A stretch of 64,000 nucleotides of DNA from Treponemataceae bacterium (GTDB taxonomy: Bacteria; Spirochaetota; Spirochaetia; Treponematales; Rectinemataceae): assembly GCA_963678065.2 (NCBI GenBank), contig CAXXVZ010000003.1:1600001-1664000 (forward strand). Reading direction: 5' to 3'. Below, in pieces: positions 50,188 to 59,659 of this stretch; positions within the stretch are counted from its first letter, which is position 1; each line of letters begins with the position of its first letter. The position numbers were made by a program, and so were the translations under genes. A model generated the notes under the pieces. That model had not been told where the DNA came from, did not search any database, and saw nothing but the letters and a program-made list of their open reading frames with translations.

Positions 50188-51534
50188 TCAGCCCTCCAAG
50201 GCCGAAATAGCGGCGCCGACCGCGTTGATGAACTGATTGTCCACTTTGGTGTTTATGAATTTCACGGGCAGCTCCGAATGAGCCGTCGCGAGCCAGCGCT
50301 GTGCGCTCGCGACGACCAGTTCGTTTTTGGTGAGTCCGCCGAAGACCGCGGCGTTCTTCATAGCCAGGATGTTGTGCGCAAAGGCGATCATCTCGGCCAG
50401 ATACATGCCCAAAAGCGTGAAGACGTAGCCGATTCTGTCCGTGTACTCCCGCATGCTCATGTTGACCAGATATTCCGCCTGTTCGAGACTGGTCTGTCCC
50501 TCCAGGTGAAGGCTGAGCCTCTGGGCGATGGCGGGGATGCCGAATTTGAGGGACAGGAAATCGCGCACCTTCTTGGCCGTCCCATCCTCGAAACCGATCG
50601 TGGCCGCGCAGAGTTCCATCTGGGGAAGCATTCCTCCCGAAGAAGAGATGAAGCCGGCGGAGACACTGTAACCGAGTCCGATGCACAGTGTGTCGGAAAA
50701 GCCGTTGGTTCTGGCGATGGAGAGAGCGCCCGCCACGCCATCGTTGAGGAGAGTCACCGGCAGGCCAAGACGTTCCCCGAGGAGACGTCTGAGGTCGCTC
50801 ACCCGGGACAGTTTTTCGGCGGCGTAAATGTTCGGGATCTTTATCGGCGTCACGATCCGGCCGTCGACAAGAGGAGCGGGCCACGCGATGCCGACACCGC
50901 GGAGTTCCGGACCCGACACCGCGCGGACCGTCTCGACCAGTTCATCCACCAAGAGATCGGTGGAAGAAGCCTCCAGTATCGGCGTCTTGCGTATGTCACG
51001 CCTCAGTATGGCCCCGTTCTCGTAGAGTATCGATTTGACGTTCGTGCCGCCTATATCGACCCCCACGACCCGGCCAGGCTGAGCAGCGGGAGGCGGAATC
51101 GCGGCTCCCCTCGGCCTGGTGCCGGCATCAACGGCGAATCCGCCCAAGAGAGACTCGGGGACGAATTCGACGCGCAGGCTGTCGCCATATATTTCCCGCA
51201 TCCTGGACTCAGGCTGGAAACGCATTCTCAGGAGAGAGAGCAGCGGAGGCTCGGCGGCGATGATGAGCCTGGGGCCGCCGAAGGCCAAGTGTAGGTTGTT
51301 GATCTTGGCGAGGATGTAGGCGAGAAAAAAACCGTCTCCGGAAACGCGGACGAAGGGGGCGCCGACCTGCACCGCGAGGCTGCCGACGCCGCTTTGGAAG
51401 GCTATATCTGCGTCGAGGCGGTATTTCACATCGAGAACGGCCATGGAATCGAGCCGTATGTATTTCGCGCGCAGCATCTCCTGGACGCTGTCCAGGTCGG
51501 ACAGAATATCCCCGTTCACACTAGAAGCAGCCAT
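50188..51534 (-). CDS. ROK family protein (probable kinase) with N-terminal extension
   Basis: VGVDIGGTN phosphate loop, GVGIAWPA, LLNDG; no ExGH/Cys zinc motif seen. Confidence 0.78.
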   Translation of the reverse strand: MAASSVNGDILSDLDSVQEMLRAKYIRLDSMAVLDVKYRLDADIAFQSGVGSLAVQVGAPFVRVSGDGFFLAYILAKINNLHLAFGGPRLIIAAEPPLLSLLRMRFQPESRMREIYGDSLRVEFVPESLLGGFAVDAGTRPRGAAIPPPAAQPGRVVGVDIGGTNVKSILYENGAILRRDIRKTPILEASSTDLLVDELVETVRAVSGPELRGVGIAWPAPLVDGRIVTPIKIPNIYAAEKLSRVSDLRRLLGERLGLPVTLLNDGVAGALSIARTNGFSDTLCIGLGYSVSAGFISSSGGMLPQMELCAATIGFEDGTAKKVRDFLSLKFGIPAIAQRLSLHLEGQTSLEQAEYLVNMSMREYTDRIGYVFTLLGMYLAEMIAFAHNILAMKNAAVFGGLTKNELVVASAQRWLATAHSELPVKFINTKVDNQFINAVGAAISALEG

Positions 51535-51535
51535 G

Positions 51536-52744
51536 TCAGTTGTTTCCCATCAGTTGGTTCGAGTTAAGCCATTCGGTGAAAATCATTTCGGTCGCGCCAT
51601 GCGTCATGAGTTCCTCATGGTTCCCGATCACAGCAATGGGCGTATCGTTGTCGTCGATTATGAAGGATCGCTCCCGCATGCTGAGGTGGACAGTCTCGAT
51701 GCACTCTTTGATGACCGGTATGCTGTTGCCGCAGACACCGACCATCTCGGGGTTGAACAGATCTATGAGGGAACCGATCACATCCCCGATGGCGCGGCCC
51801 GTCCTCTCGAGTATGCGGCGGGCCTCAGGATCGCCGCTGCGGAGCGCCGCGAGGTACTCCCCGAGGAAGAAATCCTGGCGCCCCAGTATCTCGCGCATCT
51901 CGTACTTCCCCTCGTAGAAATCGAACAGCATGTGTCGAAGTGTCGCCACGGTTTCCAGACAGCTCGTCGCCCCACAGGTGCCGCAGCGCTTGTCGCTCTC
52001 GCTGCTCCGGAGATGGCCGACTTCGCCCGCGTAGCCTGAGCGCCCGGTGAGGATTTTCCCCCCGCTGAGTATTCCGAGACCGATACCGTGTGTGAAATAG
52101 AGGATCAGCATGTCGCCGATCCTGCCGTTCGCCTCCACGCCGTATCCGAGGGCGATGAGGTTCGCGTCGTTCTCCACGACCACTGCGGTTGAGAATAGTT
52201 CCTTCATCCGTTCCCGAAGCCGGATGTGGTTGATCAGCTTCTTGCCCTGAGTGAACGTGGTCTCCCTCGTCTTGTCGAAGACGCCGGGGATGGCGAGACA
52301 TATCCCAAAGAGGCTCTCCAGTTCCCGTCCGCAGTCGCTCAAGGCCTCCAGCATCCCTTTTTTGATCCTGTCCATGAGGGATTCGAGGGAAATGACATCG
52401 TCGTAGGACACTATGCGGGACAGGATTTTCGTGAAGGAGAAATCTATGATTTCCAGCCTGAAGGCGTCGATGGGATAACTGAACGTCAATATGGCGAAGC
52501 AGCCGGCGGCTGGATTCAGGCAAATATTGCTCGGTCTCCTGCCGCCGGTGGACATCGAGCCCTCTTCGGAGACGATGAATCCTGTCTCCTCCAGGGACTT
52601 GCAGAGGTTGGATATCGTAGAGAAACTGAGCTGGAGGCGGGAGGCGAGTTCGACTTTCGTCATCGCCCCTTCTCGCCTGAGTTCCTGGAGAATGACACCG
52701 GCGCTCTGTTCCTTCGGCCGCTTCTTCATCGCGTCTCCGTTCAT
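51536..52744 (-). CDS. ROK family transcriptional regulator
   Basis: N-terminal HTH (MTKVELASRLQLSFSTIS), STGGRRP, ENDAN, AGEVGH, CGTCGATSCLE. Confidence 0.92.
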   Translation of the reverse strand: MNGDAMKKRPKEQSAGVILQELRREGAMTKVELASRLQLSFSTISNLCKSLEETGFIVSEEGSMSTGGRRPSNICLNPAAGCFAILTFSYPIDAFRLEIIDFSFTKILSRIVSYDDVISLESLMDRIKKGMLEALSDCGRELESLFGICLAIPGVFDKTRETTFTQGKKLINHIRLRERMKELFSTAVVVENDANLIALGYGVEANGRIGDMLILYFTHGIGLGILSGGKILTGRSGYAGEVGHLRSSESDKRCGTCGATSCLETVATLRHMLFDFYEGKYEMREILGRQDFFLGEYLAALRSGDPEARRILERTGRAIGDVIGSLIDLFNPEMVGVCGNSIPVIKECIETVHLSMRERSFIIDDNDTPIAVIGNHEELMTHGATEMIFTEWLNSNQLMGNN

Positions 52745-52783
52745 AGTTCGATATCCTCCCCTTCGTTTTTTATCATCACTATT

Positions 52784-53701
52784 CTACAGGGATCGGACGA
52801 AATCGACCTTCCAATCGACCTTCCGCCCCTCGTTTTTCGTCACGCGGGGGTCGTCGAAGAGCTTCTCGTAGGCCTGCTCGAAGGAGAGGACCTCGATATC
52901 CAGCTTCTTCACGTAGGCGAGAATCTCCTCGATCACAGAGAGCCTGTCATTTATTTTCAGAAGAGCCCAGTCGTGCACGACCCAGGTCCAGATGTTGTCG
53001 CTTTTCTCTATCTGGTGGAGCGCCTGCTTCACGTAGCTCACGTAACCGTCGGCTGTGCCCCAGCCGTATCTCTGCGCCCAGGTGATGTCGGAGTATCCTT
53101 TGATGCAGAAGTCGATGATGTCCGGATAGCCCTGTGTCGCGTGATTGAAAGGGTGATAGTCGAAGGGCAAGGCCTCGCGGATGGCCAGTTCCTCTTTGTT
53201 GAGGTGGAAGCACCGTATGTAGCGGATGCCCTCCTCGTGCAGAACTTTGAGAATGTCCGGCCGGTCGGCGAGTCCCATGTAATACGCGAAGGGCGTGCTT
53301 AAGCCCCGGCACGCGATGCCGAGCTCGCGCTTGAAAACCTCGTTTGTCGTGCGCAACTCCCACCGTACTTCGTCGTTGTCTTTTGCGGTGGGCCAGTTGA
53401 ACAGTTCGACGCGGCCGTTGTGCGTGACAACCGCGGGCTTGAGGCTCGTATGGTTGTACGTGTGCTGCTGGAAATCGAGCCACGGATTATTCAGGTGCTT
53501 CTTGAATGGACCGGGCACTCGCTCCAAAAGACTCCCCGTGATGAAGAGCGTGGCGGGTATCTGGTACTGAGCGTGGAGCTCGGAGGCTCTGTCCATGAAT
53601 TTGAGGGTGTTGGCTTCGAGCTGCGCCGGGGTCTTCAGCTTCGCCTCGTGATCGCCTGGCGTGCCTGCTTCAACATCGTACCCGATCAAAAAAATCCCCA
53701 T
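52784..53701 (-). CDS. Polysaccharide deacetylase (CE4/NodB-like), cytoplasmic
   Basis: GYDVE, PATLFITG, QHTYNH metal motif, VVHDW; no signal peptide. Confidence 0.82.
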   Translation of the reverse strand: MGIFLIGYDVEAGTPGDHEAKLKTPAQLEANTLKFMDRASELHAQYQIPATLFITGSLLERVPGPFKKHLNNPWLDFQQHTYNHTSLKPAVVTHNGRVELFNWPTAKDNDEVRWELRTTNEVFKRELGIACRGLSTPFAYYMGLADRPDILKVLHEEGIRYIRCFHLNKEELAIREALPFDYHPFNHATQGYPDIIDFCIKGYSDITWAQRYGWGTADGYVSYVKQALHQIEKSDNIWTWVVHDWALLKINDRLSVIEEILAYVKKLDIEVLSFEQAYEKLFDDPRVTKNEGRKVDWKVDFVRSL

Positions 53702-53807
53702 TTTCCTTCTCCTTGCGACGATTGGATGATTGCTGGGCAGAATCCGCCCGCATGGCGCGACCCGTCCCTCCGCTTCTGCGGGGTCGGGCGCGCGCGGAAT
53801 TCCCCCA

Positions 53808-55064
53808 TCATTTCTGCTTCAGATATGTCGTCCTTATTTTATTGGCTTCAGCGATAAAGCTGTCGATATCGGGTTTCTCGTAGAAATCCGTCGCAAGCTC
53901 CTGGTTGATCCTCTGGAATCCCATCGTGGGGGCGACGACGAAGAACCCGCCGACGATCGATACGCTCGGTCCCGCGGAATCGAGAATTTTCTTGAGCGCG
54001 GGGGTGAAGTCTTTCACGTTCTTGTTGAGCACGACCGCGCCGTTCATCGCCTGGATTCTCTGCACCTCCTCGGAGGCCATGTAGGCGAGGAAAGCGTACG
54101 CGCCTTCCTTGTTCCTGGCTCTCTTGGGAATCGACATAGCGTCGTAGGGGCCGGTGAGTGTGGGACCGAATTTCGTGTTGCTGCGCGGGAAAACGAACAC
54201 ATCGTAGTCGACCCCGTACTTCCAGCCTATGTTCTCGAGAACGGCGACTGCGTAGGAGCCGATGAAGTCCATGGCGGCCTTGCCTTCTTTGACGAGGTTC
54301 AAACCTTCCGGCCAGGTGCGCGCGCGGCCATCGGGGAACCAGTACCCTTTGTCGACCCAGCGTTTCCAGATAGTGAGCATGTCGCGGATCATGGGGTCGG
54401 ACCAGTCGGCGTTCAGCGAAGCGAAGTCGAGGTAGCGGGCCGCGCCGCCCAGCGCCGGCATCAGCAGCTCCATCGGAAACGCGGACCTGTAGAGATCTTT
54501 CCACCCGGAGGCCAGGGGATAGAGCCCCGAATCCTTCACCGTCTTGAGAATCTTTTCGAAATCGTCGAAGGTCTTGGGCTCGGACAGCCCCAGCTTGGCG
54601 AAGATCGCCTTGTTGTACACGACGATGTTGACGTTGGTCTTGGTCGGGATATTCCAGACGCTGCCCTTGTAGGAAAGAGAGGCCTTGGTCTCGTCGGTGA
54701 ACTCAGCGGAGAGCTTGTACTTGTCCCACATCTCGTTCAGAGGCTCGAGTACGCCCTTGTCCACCAGTTCGTAGGTTCGCGCTCCAGGATACGAGATGAA
54801 CACGTCGGGAGGCGTGTTGCCTGCGAGAAGCTGGATGATTTTCTGATGAAATGAAGCGGTGTCGTACACCAGCTGCTCCACTTTGTAGTTGGGGTACTTC
54901 GACTCGAAGTTCGCGACGATCTTGTCGATAATCGCCTTTTCGGCTGGGTTCCCCCACACGTGCATGATCTGCACGACAGATGGCGTATTCTTCTGCGCCC
55001 CGATGGTGGACGCCACGCCGAGCATAAGAAACAGACAGACCCAAGCGAAAGCGAGCTTTTTCAT
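53808..55064 (-). CDS. Sugar ABC transporter substrate-binding protein
   Basis: Signal peptide, PPDVF, YNKAIF, PKTFDD, EGKAAM; AAGGAGG RBS. Confidence 0.92.
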   Translation of the reverse strand: MKKLAFAWVCLFLMLGVASTIGAQKNTPSVVQIMHVWGNPAEKAIIDKIVANFESKYPNYKVEQLVYDTASFHQKIIQLLAGNTPPDVFISYPGARTYELVDKGVLEPLNEMWDKYKLSAEFTDETKASLSYKGSVWNIPTKTNVNIVVYNKAIFAKLGLSEPKTFDDFEKILKTVKDSGLYPLASGWKDLYRSAFPMELLMPALGGAARYLDFASLNADWSDPMIRDMLTIWKRWVDKGYWFPDGRARTWPEGLNLVKEGKAAMDFIGSYAVAVLENIGWKYGVDYDVFVFPRSNTKFGPTLTGPYDAMSIPKRARNKEGAYAFLAYMASEEVQRIQAMNGAVVLNKNVKDFTPALKKILDSAGPSVSIVGGFFVVAPTMGFQRINQELATDFYEKPDIDSFIAEANKIRTTYLKQK

Positions 55065-55072
55065 GAGCCCTC

Positions 55073-55135
55073 CTTATGATATGACTTCTTATAAGTCGTA
55101 TCATAAGTAATAACACAACCTTCCCCACCTGTCAA
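55073..55135 (-). promoter_or_regulatory. Operon promoter and 35-bp palindromic operator
   Basis: TTGACA(55135-55130)-17-TATTAC; CTTATGATATGACTT-CTTAT-AAGTCGTATCATAAG (14/15) at 55073-55107, abutting the RBS. Confidence 0.72.
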
Positions 55136-55215
55136 CAAAATAATGTGCTCGTTTTCAACGCCCGACTTGTCGACATGAACGACTCCGATCGGCGCCTCTG
55201 TCTGCCCGTGTTGCC

Positions 55216-55244
55216 TTGCGGGGAAAGCGCAAACAGGGTATAGT
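55216..55244 (+). promoter_or_regulatory. Promoter of MFS gene
   Basis: TTGCGG-17-TATAGT. Confidence 0.45.
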
Positions 55245-55312
55245 CTGCCGTTATACAGAGGTTTCATCCGGTGTATTCGCCTGCCGACAATACGATCGGT
55301 AATTCAGAATAA

Positions 55313-56578
55313 ATGAAGAATCATAGCACTCTTTCAGAGAAAGCCCGGTCAGCGATCGGATGGGCCAGCCTCGATGCGCGCATCGGGACAAGCAACTTCC
55401 TTTTGTATGCCATCTACGGAATCGTATCTCCCTACCTCCAGATCCTGCTCCGGGGCCTCGGATACAGTCCGGCAGTCGTCGGCTTCCTTCTCGGGCTCTA
55501 CGAGATAGCCGGGATTGCCGGACCCGTCTTCATTTCGCGGGCCGTGGACGGAAACGGCCGATACAGGGGAGCGCTCGCCCTGTGCAGCCTCCTCGTCGTG
55601 GCGACGACAGTTCCCCTTGTCCTCGTCCACAACACGCTTGCCACCGCCCTCTCCATCATCGCATTCTCCCTCGGCATCAAATCTCTCATACCCATCCTCG
55701 ACGCCTCCGTCATGACACTCACCGAGCGAACCCACAAAACCGGAAACGAGGAAATGGACTCGCTTCCGAAGCCGAAATACGGGTATGGGCTCCTCAGATC
55801 CATGGGATCGGCGGGCTTCGTGGTCATGGCCATCATCTTGCAGATCCTGCCGGGATTCGACGGCAGTCCGCCGCGCGTGTTCGGAATCTGGATCATGGCC
55901 TCGACAGTCGCATTTGGACTCACCCTGACTTTCATCCCCGAGATCGACTCGATACCGAAGAAAAGGAGGGAGAAGGAAAGAGCCGCAAGGGCGAGGCTCG
56001 ATCCGGTCTTTCTGCTCGGCCTCGCCGTCATCGCCCTCAACAGGATGGGCATGTCCGCGGTATCTTCCTTTTTTTCCCTCTACGTGAAGGAGGAACTGGG
56101 CTGGGACGCGGTCAGCGGACTCTGGGCCTTCGCCGCGGCGGTGGAGATCCCCTTCCTCATCGTCTCGGGCAGGCTCATCAAGCGCTGGGGCGCCATGAAG
56201 ATCATGGCCATCTCCTCGCTGTCCATCGCGGTCAGGCTGATCATCTACGCGCTTTTTCCGAGCCCGGCAGGGGCGGTGGCCGGACAGATCCTGCATTCGG
56301 CGAGTTACGGCCTCTTCCAGCCGGCCGCGGTCGCCTTCGTATCATACAAGTACCCGCCTGAAAAACGCGCGATGGGTATGGCGCTGTACATGGGCATCGG
56401 AGTCGGAATGCCTTTCTTCTTCGGGAGTTCCACGGGGGGCGTCATCGTGGAGACGCTGGGATACAGGGTCCTTTTCGCGGTCTTTTCGCTCTTCGCCATC
56501 GCGAGTGTCGTCCTCTACAGACTGAACGGCAGAGTTCTGGACGAAGTCGACGGGGCTCAGAGGAGCGGTGGGCTTTAG
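55313..56578 (+). CDS. MFS transporter (MFS_1-like/sugar-nucleoside type)
   Basis: About 12 TM; YGLLRSMGSAGF, EIPF, QILHSASYG motifs. Confidence 0.88.
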   Translation: MKNHSTLSEKARSAIGWASLDARIGTSNFLLYAIYGIVSPYLQILLRGLGYSPAVVGFLLGLYEIAGIAGPVFISRAVDGNGRYRGALALCSLLVVATTVPLVLVHNTLATALSIIAFSLGIKSLIPILDASVMTLTERTHKTGNEEMDSLPKPKYGYGLLRSMGSAGFVVMAIILQILPGFDGSPPRVFGIWIMASTVAFGLTLTFIPEIDSIPKKRREKERAARARLDPVFLLGLAVIALNRMGMSAVSSFFSLYVKEELGWDAVSGLWAFAAAVEIPFLIVSGRLIKRWGAMKIMAISSLSIAVRLIIYALFPSPAGAVAGQILHSASYGLFQPAAVAFVSYKYPPEKRAMGMALYMGIGVGMPFFFGSSTGGVIVETLGYRVLFAVFSLFAIASVVLYRLNGRVLDEVDGAQRSGGL

Positions 56579-56581
56579 CAA

Positions 56582-56613
56582 GTATCGGAAAATCGCTTTC
56601 GACTTTTCGACAC
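56582..56613. terminator. Stem-loop between convergent MFS and NUDIX genes
   Basis: Imperfect inverted repeat GTATCGGAAAATCG-CTTT-CGACTTTTCGACAC. Confidence 0.45.
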
Positions 56614-56616
56614 CTG

Positions 56617-57198
56617 CTAGATGCCGGGTTCCCGTGCGAGCAGGCGGTCGGCGAGGAACAGTGCGGTCGCCATGAGGGCGTGGGAATAGGGAGCTTCACC
56701 CATGTGAGAGCGGACTTCCTCCACCGGGACGAGGAGCGCATCGAGAATCTCGTTCTCGTCGAGATTCCTCTCGCCGCCACCTTGGAGCATGTCGGCGACA
56801 TAGACGTGAAACCTGTTGTCCATCATCGCTGGATTGGGGGACATCGTGCCGGCATGGCGGATGCGCCCGGCGCGGAAACCGGTTTCCTCCAGAAGCTCGC
56901 GCCTCGCGGCTGCCAAAGGGTCTTCTCCCGGATCGACCATTCCGCCGGGAAATTCGAGGCAGACAGCATCCATGCCGTGGCGGTACTGTCTGACCATCAG
57001 GAAATAGTCTCCGTCATCCCGGTGAAGGATGGGCACGACATTCGCCCAGTCGCCCGTCTCGAGGACCATGAAGCGGCCTTTCCGGCCATCGGGGGCCTGA
57101 CAGAGTCTGTCCGTGACCGTGAAGATCCTGCATTCGAGCAATTCATGTCGTTCGAGCACTTTCCAGGCGAGAGCCCCTGAACCGTCTCCGGCTACCAT
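56617..57198 (-). CDS. NUDIX hydrolase (ADP-ribose pyrophosphatase-like)
   Basis: VRQYR, EFPGGMVDPGEDPLAAARRELLEETG Nudix box; GGAGG RBS. Confidence 0.92.
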   Translation of the reverse strand: MVAGDGSGALAWKVLERHELLECRIFTVTDRLCQAPDGRKGRFMVLETGDWANVVPILHRDDGDYFLMVRQYRHGMDAVCLEFPGGMVDPGEDPLAAARRELLEETGFRAGRIRHAGTMSPNPAMMDNRFHVYVADMLQGGGERNLDENEILDALLVPVEEVRSHMGEAPYSHALMATALFLADRLLAREPGI

Positions 57199-57324
57199 TT
57201 TTGCCTCCGGGAGGGCATGATAGCCGCAGCCGGTGGCGACAGGCAAGTCATGCGTGATACAAAGGGAAAGTCCTGTGTCCGACGGAATATTCGCCGCTCG
57301 GGAACTCTGGACAGGAGGGTAAAA

Positions 57325-57657
57325 ATGGATTGGGCGATGCAATTCCCGGGGGCCGTCACCGTCTGTGACGGAGACCTCACCATTGTGTACATGAACGAGA
57401 AGGCCATCGCGGGCTTCTCGGGGAAGGGCGGCGAAAGTCTGCTCGGAAAAAACCTTGCCGACTGCCACCAGCCGCGATCCATGGAGATCGTGCGGAGGAT
57501 CCTCGAAACGGGCGAACCTAACGTTTACACGATCGAGAAGGGCGGAAAGAAAAAAATGATATACCAGGCGCCCTGGCGGAAGGAGGGCGCGATAGCGGGA
57601 CTCGTGGAGATCTCCATGGAAATCCCAGCCGTGATGCCGCACTTCGTCAGGAGCTGA
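57325..57657 (+). CDS. Stand-alone PAS domain protein
   Basis: VTVCD..IVYMN..LLGKNLADCH..YTIEK; AGGAGG RBS. Confidence 0.82.
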   Translation: MDWAMQFPGAVTVCDGDLTIVYMNEKAIAGFSGKGGESLLGKNLADCHQPRSMEIVRRILETGEPNVYTIEKGGKKKMIYQAPWRKEGAIAGLVEISMEIPAVMPHFVRS

Positions 57658-57904
57658 GCTCTCGCGCGGTATTCTCCGGCTTTAGTTCGCACAATTCAGC
57701 CAAGAACTCATGTCACACACCGATGAAGACTCTTCGTCGGTGTGGCTGTTCTTGCTCTTGTACCGGCAACTCTCGGCCCGGTATACAGGCAAGTCCATTG
57801 ATTGTCTGTTCTCTATTCAGATAACATTTTTTTATTTGACAAAGTAACAAAATGTACTACTACTTATTATTAAATCTTTATTGCACTTGATAACAGGAGG
57901 AAGC

Positions 57905-58222
57905 TTGGACCTAAAGCGAATCCTTCTTTTTGTTGACTCTTTCCAACAGGAATTTCCGGGATACGAATGCGAAAACAGACCGAGCGCGGACAAATCACTT
58001 GATGCTACGCTGTTTTTCGTAACAAATGCCTCGTCATACATCGGATCGTTCTTTTTGAAAAATGAACTCCTGAATGACTTGGAACCAATCTATATCATTT
58101 GGATTCTCAAAAGAGTGTGCCTTATCGAAAAACTAAGCAAAGAGAAACAACCTGTAGTGGGGCCGATAGGTATCATCCGTTTCGAATCTCCCGAACATAC
58201 TCCCAGTATGCTTCAGGGATGA
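57905..58222 (+). CDS. AT-rich orphan hypothetical protein (105 aa)
   Basis: AGGAGG 4 nt before TTG; open frame in low-GC DNA; no recognised motif. Confidence 0.45.
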   Translation: MDLKRILLFVDSFQQEFPGYECENRPSADKSLDATLFFVTNASSYIGSFFLKNELLNDLEPIYIIWILKRVCLIEKLSKEKQPVVGPIGIIRFESPEHTPSMLQG

Positions 58223-58296
58223 CAGTCGCTCCTGTACATATTGTATATCCGCGCCGCATCGGGGATGCTATACTCCTTCACGGGAGACAGGAATAG

Positions 58297-59253
58297 ATGC
58301 AGAACCTGCGGGAAACCGACTTCAGTGTTGTCGTGCCCGTCTTCAACGAGGCGGAAAATCTCGCGCCCCTCGCGAACGCGCTCGACGCCGTCCTCTCTCC
58401 CCTGGGCGGCTGGGAAGCGATCTTCGTGGACGACGGCAGTTCCGACGATTCGGCCGGCGCCATGCGATCTCTCCACGAAGCCGACCCGCGCTACAAGTAC
58501 CTGCTTCTCTCGCGGAATTTCGGCAAGGAGGCGGCCATCCTGGCCGGCCTTTCGGCTGTATCGGGGTCGGCGGTCATCGTCATGGACGCCGATCTCCAGC
58601 ACCCTCCCGACGCCCTGCCGGAGATGATAGCCATCTGGCGTTCTGGTACGGCCGACATCGTGGACGGGATCAAGCGCTCGCGCGGCAGGGAGTCCGTTTC
58701 CTACGGACTCGCGGCCTCGGCCTTCAACCGCTCCATGTCGGGCGCGAGCGGAAAGGACATGCGAGGCTCTTCAGATTTCAAGCTCATGGACCGCCGGGTC
58801 GCGGACACCGTCGCGGCCTTCCCCGAGCGGGTGCGCTTTTTCCGCGGCCTCACGGAGTGGGCCGGCTTCCGCCACGCCACGATCGAATACGACGTGGCGC
58901 CGCGCAGGAACGGGAACTCCACATGGAAGCCCAGCGCCCTCATCCGCTACTCGATCTCCAGCATCGTGTCCTTCTCGTCGGCCCCGCTCAGGGCGATTTC
59001 GACCCTCGGCTTCGTGACCCTGCTTTTTTCCCTCGCGCTCGGCGTCGACACTCTGTACATGAAACTGTCCGGCCGCGCGGTCGAGGGCTTCACCACGGTC
59101 CTCCTCTCGGTCGCTTTCTTCTCGGGCGCCATCATCCTCTGCCTCGGCATTATGGGGGAGTATCTCTCCCGCATGTACGACGAACTCAAGCGCAGGCCGG
59201 CGTACATCGTGAAAGAGAGCCGGACGGGGGAGGAGCCTGCCGATGAGAGTTGA
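58297..59253 (+). CDS. GT2 polyprenol-phosphate glycosyltransferase (GtrB-like)
   Basis: VVPVFNE, VDDGSSD, SRNFGKEAA, MDADLQHPP, two C-terminal TMs, GEYLSRMYDE.KRRP.YIV. Confidence 0.93.
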   Translation: MQNLRETDFSVVVPVFNEAENLAPLANALDAVLSPLGGWEAIFVDDGSSDDSAGAMRSLHEADPRYKYLLLSRNFGKEAAILAGLSAVSGSAVIVMDADLQHPPDALPEMIAIWRSGTADIVDGIKRSRGRESVSYGLAASAFNRSMSGASGKDMRGSSDFKLMDRRVADTVAAFPERVRFFRGLTEWAGFRHATIEYDVAPRRNGNSTWKPSALIRYSISSIVSFSSAPLRAISTLGFVTLLFSLALGVDTLYMKLSGRAVEGFTTVLLSVAFFSGAIILCLGIMGEYLSRMYDELKRRPAYIVKESRTGEEPADES

Positions 59254-59659
59254 CCTTGCGTCTCTTCCGGGACGATTCGCCCGCTACCTTCTTTCGGGCG
59301 GCATCGTCGTCGCGGTCGACTACGCGGTCTTCTTCTTCCTCGACAGAGGCATAGGCGCGGGGCTCGCCCTCTCGCAGGGCTGTGCGCGGCTCGCGGGCGC
59401 CGTCTCGGGGTTTTTTCTGCAGAGAAATTTCGTCTTCGCGGCCGGAAGGCAGTCTCCGGGCGGAGTGGCCAGGCAAGGCTTCGCGTACGGCGCCCTCACT
59501 GTCTTCAACATCGCGCTCTCGGCCTGGTGCGCAGATTTTCTCGGAAACAGCCTCGGCCTCCATCCCGACATCGCCGTCAAGCTCACCACCGATGCCCTCC
59601 TCGCCGGAGAAACCTTCTTCCTCCTGCATCTCGTATTCCGCAGGAGAGTCCCTGAATGA
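59243..59659 (+). CDS. GtrA family membrane protein
   Basis: RFARYLLSG..VDY, QRNFVF, four short TMs. Confidence 0.85.
   Translation: MRVDLASLPGRFARYLLSGGIVVAVDYAVFFFLDRGIGAGLALSQGCARLAGAVSGFFLQRNFVFAAGRQSPGGVARQGFAYGALTVFNIALSAWCADFLGNSLGLHPDIAVKLTTDALLAGETFFLLHLVFRRRVPE

Noticed and set aside
46247..55312. Operon as an integrative mobile island
   Set aside because: No integrase, tRNA or flanking direct repeats seen; accessory status possible but unsupported
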